In this document: positions 48,376 through 64,000 of the stretch, piece by piece | Position numbering within the stretch: the stretch's first letter is position 1 | How the letters are laid out: every line of letters starts with the position of its first letter | Assembly: GCA_002269645.1 (NCBI GenBank) | Contig: NIVC01000297.1 | Coordinates: forward strand, 1 to 64,000 | Origin: Macrostomum lignano | Lineage: Eukaryota | Direction: 5' to 3' | DNA length: 64,000 nucleotides | Made by a program: the position numbers and the translations under genes | The notes under the pieces: generated by a model | Database searches by the model: none | What the model was told of the DNA's origin: nothing | The model's input: the letters and a program-made list of their open reading frames with translations, nothing else

Positions 48376-48824
48376 GCAAACACCTGCATTGTCCCAGAGT
48401 GAGAAGTCACGCCACTGTCCAGGTCATATCCGGGCTTGGCCAAACTCAACCAACAAGATTTCGTGCCGCATAAGCCTCTTGTGTCGGCGTTGCCTCTCTG
48501 TGATTTTCAGCGCTCGTTTATATTTATTCACTTATTTATTAATTTGTGCGTATTAGTGCAGCAAAAGATTTTTCGGCTCCAATTCTGAACGCCTGCAAGA
48601 CTGCAGGAAGCGCTGCCAGACATTTCTGATCCTCGATGCGTTCGAGCACAAGAAAGCTTACTAATTATCCGTTTCTGAGAACATTCCCACCTGTTTTTTC
48701 TAGTACTTATACAGCTTTGACACTTTTCACTTATTTGAACTAATTTTCTTTTTGAGAGCATGCTGTCTTCTTTAAGGTGACTCTGTTGTAATTCAGGCAC
48801 TAATTGGTGACATTTGATATAGTG

Positions 48825-49500
48825 AGATTTTGAGATTCCCTGCTCCTGTGGGGTGAGATTTTGAGATTCCCTGCTCCTGTGGGGTGAGATTTTGAGATTC
48901 CCTGCTCCTGTGGGGTGAGATTTTGAGATTCCCTGCTCCTGTGGGGTGAGATTTTGAGATTCCCTGCTCCTGTGGGGTGAGATTTTGAGATTCCCTGCTC
49001 CTGTGGACAGATTTTGGGACTCCCTGCTCCTGTGGGGTGAGATTTTGAGATTCCCTGCTCCTGTGGGGTGAGATTTTGAGATTCCCTGCTCCTGTGGGGT
49101 GAGATTTTGAGATTCCCTGCTCCTGTGGGGTGAGATTTTGAGATTCCCTGCTCCTGTGGGGTGAGATTTTGAGATTCCCTGCTCCTGTGGACAGATTTTG
49201 GGACTCCCTGCTCCTGTGGGGTGAGATTTTGAGATTCCCTGCTCCTGTGGAGTGAGATTTTGAGATTCCCTGCTCCTGTGGGGTGAGATTTTGAGATTCC
49301 CTGCTCCTGTGGGGTGAGATTTTGAGATTCCCTGCTCCTGTGAAGTGAGATTTTGAGATTCCCTGCTCCTGTGAAGTGAGATTTTGAGATTCCCTGCTCC
49401 TGTGGGGTAAGATTTTGAGATTCCCTGCTCCTATGGACAGATTTTGAGATTCCCTGCTCCTATGGACAGATTTTGGGACTCCCTGCTCCTGTGGGGTAAG
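48825..49500. repeat. 31-bp minisatellite
   Basis: Unit GGGGTGAGATTTTGAGATTCCCTGCTCCTGT. Confidence 0.95.
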
Positions 49501-51200
49501 ATTTCGATTATAAACAATTGGGCTCCGAACCCACCTGTCGTTAAAATGCCAGCAATTGGTGTTCAGCCCCCAGGTCGCGCAACCCCAAACCTGCTTTCAA
49601 TAGTGGTGGCCTATCAGGTACAGCCTTACACAGCCCCATCTGACTTTATGATGCGACCTCTTTCAGTCTGTATTCAAATTTCTGCTAGAAGCAGCCAGCC
49701 GGCTTCATGTCACCTTAGTAGACTTCGCCTCTGTCGCTATCCTCTACTCCTGAGTTGCTTTAAACGCCAATCCAATATAGGAGTTCGCTTTTCCTGCCCT
49801 TTCTGTAGCTGCAAGTGCCTCGGACTCCTTGTGAGCAGGCGGTATGTGAGATCAGCCGCTCAATCTACCTGAAAAATACATTAATAAGCTGAACTCCGCG
49901 CTGCAGCCTCTTTTCTAACACTGTTTTATTGCACCAAAATTGTATGGAGATTGTTTGCCTTGACTTTGTTCCTTTCTGGGACTGCAACTGCTCAGTTCAA
50001 GACTACTCAAATGTTCATGTTAGCGATATTGTTCAAATACATGTACTGCACATTACAGATGAAATCTCCATCCCGACTGCTCACATGCCGACTACCCACC
50101 CCGACTGCTCACCCCGACTGCTCACACCCCGACTACCCACCCCGACTGCTCACCCCGACTGTTCACACCCCGACTGCTCACACCCCGACTACCCACTCCG
50201 ACTACCCACCCTGACTACCCACCCGTGCACAGCACAGACTAAATTAAGTAATGTTAGAAGGACGCCACGCGCAAAACGTGCACATTTTATTGTACTGTAG
50301 GCCAACCATCCAAGATAATTATTCATAACTCCAGATGCACACAAGAGCAGAATGCGCAAAATTCTGCTCTCACCTGCATGGCGAATGAAAATTAGAATGA
50401 AGGCCCCAGACACCAGCTGATGAAAAGTTGCAGCTCTGCACTTCCAGTTGTTTCAGAGCCATGCAGATATTTCGGCAAACATACCGATGCAGGCAATGGA
50501 GACAGCAGTTTATTTTGAACACCTGAGACGAGCAATTGCGAAAAAAGGAAATGCAGCAACTACATGCAAAAAGAAATAACGTTAGGTCTATTTGCAGTGC
50601 AATAATAGAAACATCTTCGATCTACTCATATATGCTGTGCGATAAAATTCACTTTCTGACTTCTGGCATTGCCGTTTTCATACGTACTGACATTTTGAGT
50701 TCAAATTTAAACCCCTACTGTTGGATATATTTTACGAGCATATTGCTGGGGGTGTGTACATTGTTATCATCTTTCTACTGGTCAAAAAGCTCCCCTTCCA
50801 GTCACTTATCTATCTACTATTGCTTGTTGTGTGTTGGTGTCAGTTCAATTTCACATATACAAATATATTTATGCTCGTATACATACACTTTCCTAAAGCA
50901 ACACGACTTCAAACGTTCAAGTTCTGCGTCCTGAGTTTTTTAACAGTCCATGAGTCTTACAATTCTTATTAAATTAAAAAACCCGTTCTTTTCCTCTATT
51001 TAATGTCTTTTTCTCTCAGTCAGAGCACTGCTGATTTCTAAATTTGCCTATGGCCCAGCTTGAGCTTTTTGCGCTAAAGAGAGGCAAGGGAGGAATTGAA
51101 GTTTGGGTGCTACATGTACATGTATAAAAGATGTGCTACATGTTGTTATCGATTGTACCATGACCTTTTTGCCCGGCGGGCACTTAATTAATCCCTTTCA

Positions 51201-51406
51201 TACCATAGACTACATTTAAGCCCGCATAAATCGAACAAAGTCTAAATCAAAATATACCAATATTGATGGGCTGCAGAGGGCAGAAACGAGCTATAACTCC
51301 GAGGTGTGTTAGCTCGTTTCTGCCCGATGCGGCCCATCCATATTTTAGTGTTATAGTTTGCGGGCGTGAAACGCGGTTTCACGACCCCCTGAGACTGTCT
51401 ATGGTA
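51201..51406. mobile_element. Small element bounded by TA-CCATAGAC / GTCTATGG-TA
   Basis: 10-bp perfect inverted ends, possibly an 8-bp TIR plus a TA TSD. Confidence 0.45.
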
Positions 51407-53697
51407 AAATCCCATTTACTCCAATGCATTCTGTCGGTTTCACGGCCCACAGAAAATGTCTATGGCAAAGTCAGAAGAAAGCGGGATCAAGGGGGCGCTT
51501 GAGCCCCCTTGCGCGGGTATGGGGGCAGAGCCCCCACATTAGCACACCAGCACTCTTGACAAAGAAAGAAAGAATGAAATCTAAAAAAATGTCTATAGCC
51601 AAAACTGCTTATTTTGCGAATTGAAAAAATATGGCATTTTCCAAGCCAATTGAGTCTATAGGAGAAGGAATTTAATCCTTATTGTGAGAATCAAGCTATT
51701 GAAAACTTGTATTTCATTGTCTATGGCCCAAAGGGGGTCTATAGAGCAACCAATTTGAGAACTTGGGCGCGCAATTAATCCTTTTCACAGTGCTCATAAA
51801 TCCTTCATGAATAACTTCACTGAAATAACGTCTGCAAACAGATGGCATATCAAAAAACGATTGACACTTTGATTTCAGAGAAACCAATCAAAACAGGCAA
51901 AGGCAAAACCATGGCATACAGTATAAGCCGCGAGAACAATCGTGTCTCTCAAAACGATGTTGGACAGATTAAAATCAAACCCGATCAATGTTCAGAGAAT
52001 TTCTTCCTAATTTAGGCAGCGCCAGATGAATCGAAGCATCTGTTTTTCTCTTTACGTCCAGCCATCGCAAACAGCCATTACGGCAGATGACATAAATAAC
52101 TGCCTCTAATTTGCGGGCATAATTTAACAACAGTTTCAAACGAGACGGTAAATGATGCCAGCAGAATTGGCATATTTGCAGATTATTGGCATATTTGCAA
52201 ATTATTGGCAAATTAATGATCCTGTCATCCAGTTTTGTTGGCGGTCCACGTTGCATGCTGGATCGGAGGCTTCAAAAGATGCATGCAATGGCTATGTACC
52301 TACTACTTTTGGGTGTCCTAATTGACTTGCACATAAAGTTATGTTGAAAAGTTATGGGCTTTTTAAGCTTTGGAATAAAATATACATTCGTTTTAGACTC
52401 ATCCTCTGTTGTCTATCCGACTCTATCAATAAGACTATTGATCAGAAAAATATCCGTAAAAACCAAACTGACTTGGAAAATAAATTATATCAAAATACAT
52501 AGCCGTAACAAAAAAAATTCGGCAAATAACACTGTATAACATTTATCCTTGGACACAGATTTATAAAATAAAATTCAGAAGAAAAAAGAAGTAAAAACGT
52601 TGCTGCACCACAAAGTTGAGTATGTTATTAATCCGATATTTTAAGTTTATGTGATTTTCGCTTTTTTAGTCATCGTGCAGATTTTTTCAGCTATCTTCGT
52701 TTCAATTTACGAAGTAGCATTTTGATTGAAGCGTGATAAAGAATATTTGTATTTAAGTTTCAACTCTTTCTATCGGAGTTTTTTTATTGCAATCGATAAT
52801 TGGGCATAAAATGGTTCAAATCAATTAGTTTTGTAGAGAATGTAAACTTAGTAAAGGTCCACCGTTTAAGATTGAAGTATAGTCCTGTCTCCAGATGCAC
52901 ACTTTGAACTTGAAGACATTGATGATCATGGAGAATGGAAAAGAAGTTCTAGAATCCTACTGAAATTTCAAGGGGTTGATTAATAAAAAAATCAGAACTT
53001 AGCAAAATTTAAGACATTGATTCTGTATAGTGTATTTTTGTTTTTGTATAGTATCGATGTATTTTTGCTTTGATTTTGATATAAATTAATGAAAAAAAAC
53101 TCGACCGTAACATAGTTGATAGGTTTTTTGTTTCGATAATTAAAAAGCAAAATTTGTATATCAGATTCATAGATTGGATTCTTTTCATCAATAAATTATT
53201 AAATACTTTAATATTTAGAAAAACATTATTTCTCAATCTCACCTACTACTTATAGCTTTTTTGAATCAAGTTGTAGAATTATAGTTTAGAATTTCCACTA
53301 TATTGTCTAATAAAAAATCATGCAAGGCCTATCAAATTTGTCATTAATTTAGCAATTTGACCAATTTCTATTGCCATAAATTAAATTATTTGTAAGATTT
53401 TCAGCCATGGATAGTACTGTCATGGTCAGCTTTCAGAAAAATTCTAAAGATATATTTTCCATTTCAAATTAGACTTTTACAAATTGGAAATAGCATTTCT
53501 AAGATATTGTTATGGACTTGTATAATTATTTTATTAAGTCACTGTAATATAAGTTTAAAATGATATAATTTTTATCACAACAAACTTAAAATTCAGTCCA
53601 ACACTTCATGAGCATTTGCTTGGCAGGTATCAGGTGATCCCGTGCTCTTGTTAAAGCCAGATTCATCTCAGCAGCTTCGCATCTTCAGTCTCTTATC

Positions 53698-59283
<5,586 letters not shown>

Positions 59284-61310
59284 GCTCCGGCGGCCTCGGA
59301 GGCGGCTTATCTGCCATCAATCTGAAACCTGAAGCGTCACATTCCTTGACACTGACAAGTTCTCATCCCTTCGGTCCCCTCCGCATTGCCCGTTTTTGCT
59401 TACCCGCGCGCCTCACAATAACATCTGACCGTTTGTGAAACTGTTATTCACATCTCTGCCTTATCACTAGCACTTTCAGACTGAGACACTGTTTCTAGGG
59501 TGTTGCACATTTAAAAAAATAATTTTTCTCTACTTATTTGCACATTCGAAGTTTTTTAGTTATTAGAGAAAGACTTTGACAGATTTTCTTTTTACGAGTA
59601 ATATTTCTGGACATGTGCGAGAGCTTAGCTGATTCTTCTGTGTTTTCCTTTTAGCCCTTTTAGAATTGTTATTTAATTACGTATCAAGATTTTATTGATT
59701 TTACATTACAAGATAGTAAAGTTTTGTTTGTTTTACTAAATCTTTTAAGCTGCGAGCTTACTGTATCCGTGCGCTTTGTTTTGTTTTTTTTGTAGACGGA
59801 CCCTCCTATCTTTAATTGTTTAGCCATAAAACTTAATCGCTACTTTATGTCAGCGAATCTTTTTATTGGAAATCAATTAATCAAAGTCTGCACTACTTGT
59901 TTCATATAGCACCTATGCGTTTGGTTATTTCCTTGTACTTTGCACAAGTCAACTTTGTCAATTACATGTATGTTGTTTAAAAAACGAAGAAATAAACACT
60001 ACACGAAGCTTATAGCCCCGAAAATTTTCTCAAACAGCTATCAATCTTTGACTTGGCGTTTCGATTAAAAACAATTCTTCAAAATGTGATTAATTTGTAC
60101 GTTTGCAGAATTCTTTTTGTTTGAATCCACTGAAAATCAAAAAATAGTTTCGTACTGTTTGGATAAAGATACATAGGGACTTGACTTGAGTCAATATCCA
60201 TATAGGATTTTTAACAAAGTCAAACTTTTTGTAAACTCAAACACTTGATCGAGATACTTAAACTTGTTTGATTAGATTTTTTAACGTAGAAAACGACACA
60301 GTATGTCATTTCAGCATTGCAACAATGATATTTTAGAGCACAGTAATTCGATTGATTACACATTAATTAACCGTTATTGTTGTTGTACGTGAGCCATCGG
60401 GACGCATTTTTGTGCAAGTGCAAATTTAAATAAGCAATTAGTTCCTTTACATGCAGTAAAATACATTGCATTGATTTTATATACATTGTTGTAAACTATA
60501 ATTCGCTTTAGAAGCTTTACTTATTTACTTTATCCCGAATGCTTTGGCTTGTTAGCAGAGAACAAGCATATTTTATCTCATTAGACCTATGAATTATGCT
60601 GAGCCTTTGTTCAAGCTTAATTATGTATGTATGAAAAATACGAGGCACAAAGAGCCTACCTGCTGAAGTTTAGAAATCATGGCTTTTTTGATTCTTTCGA
60701 GCGTGTAAGCATTTTGTTTGTCTGAATTCATTTGATTTTTGTCACGTAATTAAGGTGTAAAATTGAAATTACGCTCGTGTAAAATAAACTTCTTGAAGTC
60801 GAACAATTCAAACAATATTCGTTGTGATGACAGACAGATGAATGAATGCGTCCTTGGCTTGGTTGCAATGCGCTTTAATTTTTTTCATATTTATTTGTAT
60901 ATTCTATTTGCAATAAAAGTAATTAGATTATATTATTTAACTAGTCTAGAAGTCCTTGCAACTACCACGCGGCGCCTAGAAACCCTAATTACATCTAACA
61001 CAGCGCATTCGCGTTTCAAAGACGATAGGAATTAACATACAGTAAAACAATAAAGCAATAACATAGTAATAAAGTACGTACAGTAAGTATCGCGGAAAAG
61101 GAAACACTACTGAATAAACACTGACTGAAATAATTAATAGATAATTTTAGGAACGCACGATACATTATAAAAAGTACATACATTCAAGTGATACATAAAG
61201 AACTTTACAACGTACTCGACGTTATTATAAAAAAGTCACGACAATGTAATTAATTACTCGACACTGTCTTGACATGTGTCAAGATTATTATAGTACGTCA
61301 TCGCGCCGAG

Positions 61311-61456
61311 CTCAAACTCTCGTTAAACTCAGACTGCATTGCGGATGCGGTGGTTACTAGACTAGCCTAATATTGTGCTAACTACTCGGTCTCTAGTAGC
61401 TAAGCATCGAAACTTCCTTACTTCTGACCTTTCAAAGACCTTTCCAAATCCCACTG
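61311..61456. repeat. Exact 146-bp copy of 58957-59102
   Basis: Both read CTCAAACTCTCGTTAAACTC ... CCTTTCCAAATCCCACTG. Confidence 0.9.
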
Positions 61457-62524
61457 ACAGGGATATGATCCGCCCCCATATTTAAACCCCATCAATCCCA
61501 TCCTGGCCTGGTAGGCAATTGTGGTTATTAGGCAAGCACTAGCACTGAGCTCGGTGTTTGTATATTTTTTTGATATACATTTTTTATTCCTGTATAACTC
61601 ATAATACAAGTGTATTTACGAGCTACATTTCCTTTGCTTCAGGAATCAGTTATTGATTTTGAATTTAGTATATCAAAAATACTAGGCCTATGCTTCATGG
61701 AATTTGGGTCTTGCAGAATGCAGCAGATTTTTATATTTATCATTTAAATTTGGACTGTTGTATCAACTTATTTATTGCTTTAACTTTTCCCATTAATATT
61801 GTATCTTTACTTTACACTAGGCCTATGCAAAAAAGAAAAGTTTTTATTGTTTTTTAGCTTGCTTTACTATAATTATAAATCAGGGAATCGATTCATTATC
61901 TTAATCTTAGTCACCTAGTGGTCCAAAATGGCAAATGCATCGAGAAAGATGTTTTATAGTATTTATAAGTAATGCTTAATTTAATAGCTTAAATATTTAA
62001 GCTATTATTTGTAGTTTTTAATAGAGCTAGCCATTTCTGTCTGGTTTTACTTATCTATATTGAACTTCTAAAAGACATTAAAATTTGGTTAATAAGATAA
62101 GATAGGTTTAGCTTATTATTTATTATTTCTTTTAGGTAAGCAAAAATAAATTTGTCTACCAAAGCTTTATCTTTTTAGAATTCAAATTAAAATATGCTTA
62201 ATTATACAATCAAGACATATTTAAGTCTACTAATATTTTTTATTAAAAGTCACAATTTGAACTTGAAGCACATTAAAAATAAAAAATGAATAATATAAAG
62301 ATATATTGCACTGTATATATTAACTTAATTTTGGCTTTTAATAAAAAATTAGAAAAAGATATATAAAAATACATGCTTGGATATTTCAATTGATTCTTTT
62401 TTATTTTTTTGCCTTCAAGTATATAAATAATCTATATAATATGCTTAAAAAACTATTTAGAATATGAAATTCTAATATATTTAGTTTTTGTGTCTAAATT
62501 TAAGTCAATTTTTATTAACTGCTG

Positions 62525-64000
62525 ATGGCAGCACCAGACAAGCTGCTATATAGCCAGACTGCCCTATGGGACAGCCAGACCACAGAGTCCTGCTTGCTCA
62601 ACTTCAACCAGCAGCCAATGTCTACCACCTTTACCAGTGCCTCTACAGCAGCCACCTCAAGTGCCACCTTGTGCGAACCCAATGGCGACCCATCTGGCTT
62701 TTCCAGTGCCACTGCTACAGCAACTGCGGCTGACTCTGGCTATATGTCATCCTCGTCGCTTCACACTGCCTGCATGATCAGCGACCTTGTCAATAAGCTG
62801 GTGGACTCAGAAGACGACCAGATGCCGCCACCACTGTTGCCATCCCAGCAGCTGCTGGAGCAGCAACAGCAGCCTATGCATCTGCAAGGCCACCAGCAGC
62901 AGCCGCAGCTGCAGGCCGCAATTGACCAGAGAAGTCCGCGGCCGCTTGTGCGCATGCAGCAGCAGCAGAGCTTGCAGCATGCCGTTACGCACCAGCCTAG
63001 CCAGCAGTCTCTGCAGTTGCAGAACTGTGTGACCTCTGCTTCCGCTATGCACCCGCAGCAACAGAACTGGATGGCCCTGCAGGCCTGCCACATGGAGACC
63101 GTCCAGTCAGGTCGAACCGATGCGGCCATCAAATCAGCTGGTAATGTGACTCGAGTTCCGGTGCAGCAGCAGCAGCAGCAGCAGTCGCGCGCTCATCAGC
63201 ATCCGCAAGCTCTTGTCCTGCCTTCCGCGTCTAACTACATCCTGCTGTCGCAGCACCCGCAGTTTCTTCAACTGGCCCCCAGACCGCTTCATCCGCAGCC
63301 TCAGCAACTGGCCCAGCCCTCGTCATCGCTTTCTCAGTCGAGCACCGGTAACCTGTTTGCTATGGAAACTGGTCTGGCTGGTAGCCCAGGCTCCCGCCAG
63401 GCCTCAATGACGCGGCGCGCCACCCAGACAGACTCTGAGCGCTCGGCGCGGCTTTCCGAACTGACGGAGCTGCGCCGCCTGCTCGGCAAGGAGCTGCGCC
63501 ATGCTGAGGCTCGCCTATCCGCGGCCTGGCAGGCTCGGAGATTCAGCGGCGTCCCAGCTGTGGCGCCAACTGGAGCTTCGGTTGGTGCGGCTGCCGCTGC
63601 TTCGTGCGGCTCGAACTCCGGCGCCCAGGCAGCCGGATTCTCGCCGCCAAGCTCGCCGCCTCCGCTCGCCAGGCAGCACGGGGCCATGGGCGGCCGGGAG
63701 GACCGGGAGCTGCTGGCGGTGTGCCAGGAGCTCAGCCGCTTGCATCAACTGGTGCAGCGGGCTGAGAGGCTGCGAAACGCCGCCCTGCCAGCCGGGGTGC
63801 ACTCGGCTCTGGACCGGCTGTCCGAGGCGGTGCGCAAGTGCCAGACACGGCGCAAGGAGGAGGTGACGAGCCTGAACAACCGCGGCTCCAGCAGTGGCGG
63901 CGGTCGCGCTGTTGAAGAGCGAGACAGCCGGGCGGTGTCAGCGGCTGTTGGCGAGCTATTGGAGCAGCTGCAGGCCGCCAGGACCTGCTTGTGGGCGACC
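62525..64000 (+). CDS. MEIOC: MEIOC-like meiosis-specific coiled-coil protein (3' end beyond the window)
   Basis: I translated 492 open codons from ATG 62525 with no stop. A Q/S-rich low-complexity N-terminus precedes a C-terminal block (ELSRLHQLVQRAERLRNAALPAGVHSALDRLSEAVRKCQTRRKEEV..DSRAVSAAVGELLEQLQAARTCLW) that aligns from recall with the MEIOC domain (MERLR..LH..I..ALD..L..I..VQ.RRKDEI..RTALW). Confidence 0.8.
   Translation, partial: MAAPDKLLYSQTALWDSQTTESCLLNFNQQPMSTTFTSASTAATSSATLCEPNGDPSGFSSATATATAADSGYMSSSSLHTACMISDLVNKLVDSEDDQMPPPLLPSQQLLEQQQQPMHLQGHQQQPQLQAAIDQRSPRPLVRMQQQQSLQHAVTHQPSQQSLQLQNCVTSASAMHPQQQNWMALQACHMETVQSGRTDAAIKSAGNVTRVPVQQQQQQQSRAHQHPQALVLPSASNYILLSQHPQFLQLAPRPLHPQPQQLAQPSSSLSQSSTGNLFAMETGLAGSPGSRQASMTRRATQTDSERSARLSELTELRRLLGKELRHAEARLSAAWQARRFSGVPAVAPTGASVGAAAAASCGSNSGAQAAGFSPPSSPPPLARQHGAMGGREDRELLAVCQELSRLHQLVQRAERLRNAALPAGVHSALDRLSEAVRKCQTRRKEEVTSLNNRGSSSGGGRAVEERDSRAVSAAVGELLEQLQAARTCLWAT

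Noticed and set aside
62761-63687. Minus-strand ORFs
   Set aside because: They are antisense shadows of the MEIOC-like ORF.

Overview
Eukaryotic (metazoan) genomic DNA, not prokaryotic. It has GC3-rich exons, GTGAGT/CCGCAG splice sites and introns full of minisatellites, which resembles a free-living flatworm such as Macrostomum (inference, not verified). By manual splicing I reconstruct six + strand genes: (1) a GT92-family glycosyltransferase whose 8.3-kb intron holds an RT-deleted Ty3/Gypsy element, an orphan LTR with its PBS, and a LINE endonuclease relic; (2) an LRMDA-like LRR protein with a GC-AG intron; (3) ALG11; (4) a 15-exon, ~1629-aa Ig/FN3/DB-module receptor; (5) a 7-exon PARP3-like gene; (6) a MEIOC-like ORF that runs off the window end and is missing from the ORF track. 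Most long ORFs in the supplied track are minisatellite translation artefacts. The most striking pattern is that almost every long intron carries its own unrelated tandem array, and some arrays have multiplied the 5' splice site itself. Other notable items are a templated mosaic insertion in ALG11 intron 2 and CpG-depleted patches near the 5' ends of three genes. Exon boundaries were read by eye; repeat boundaries are approximate.
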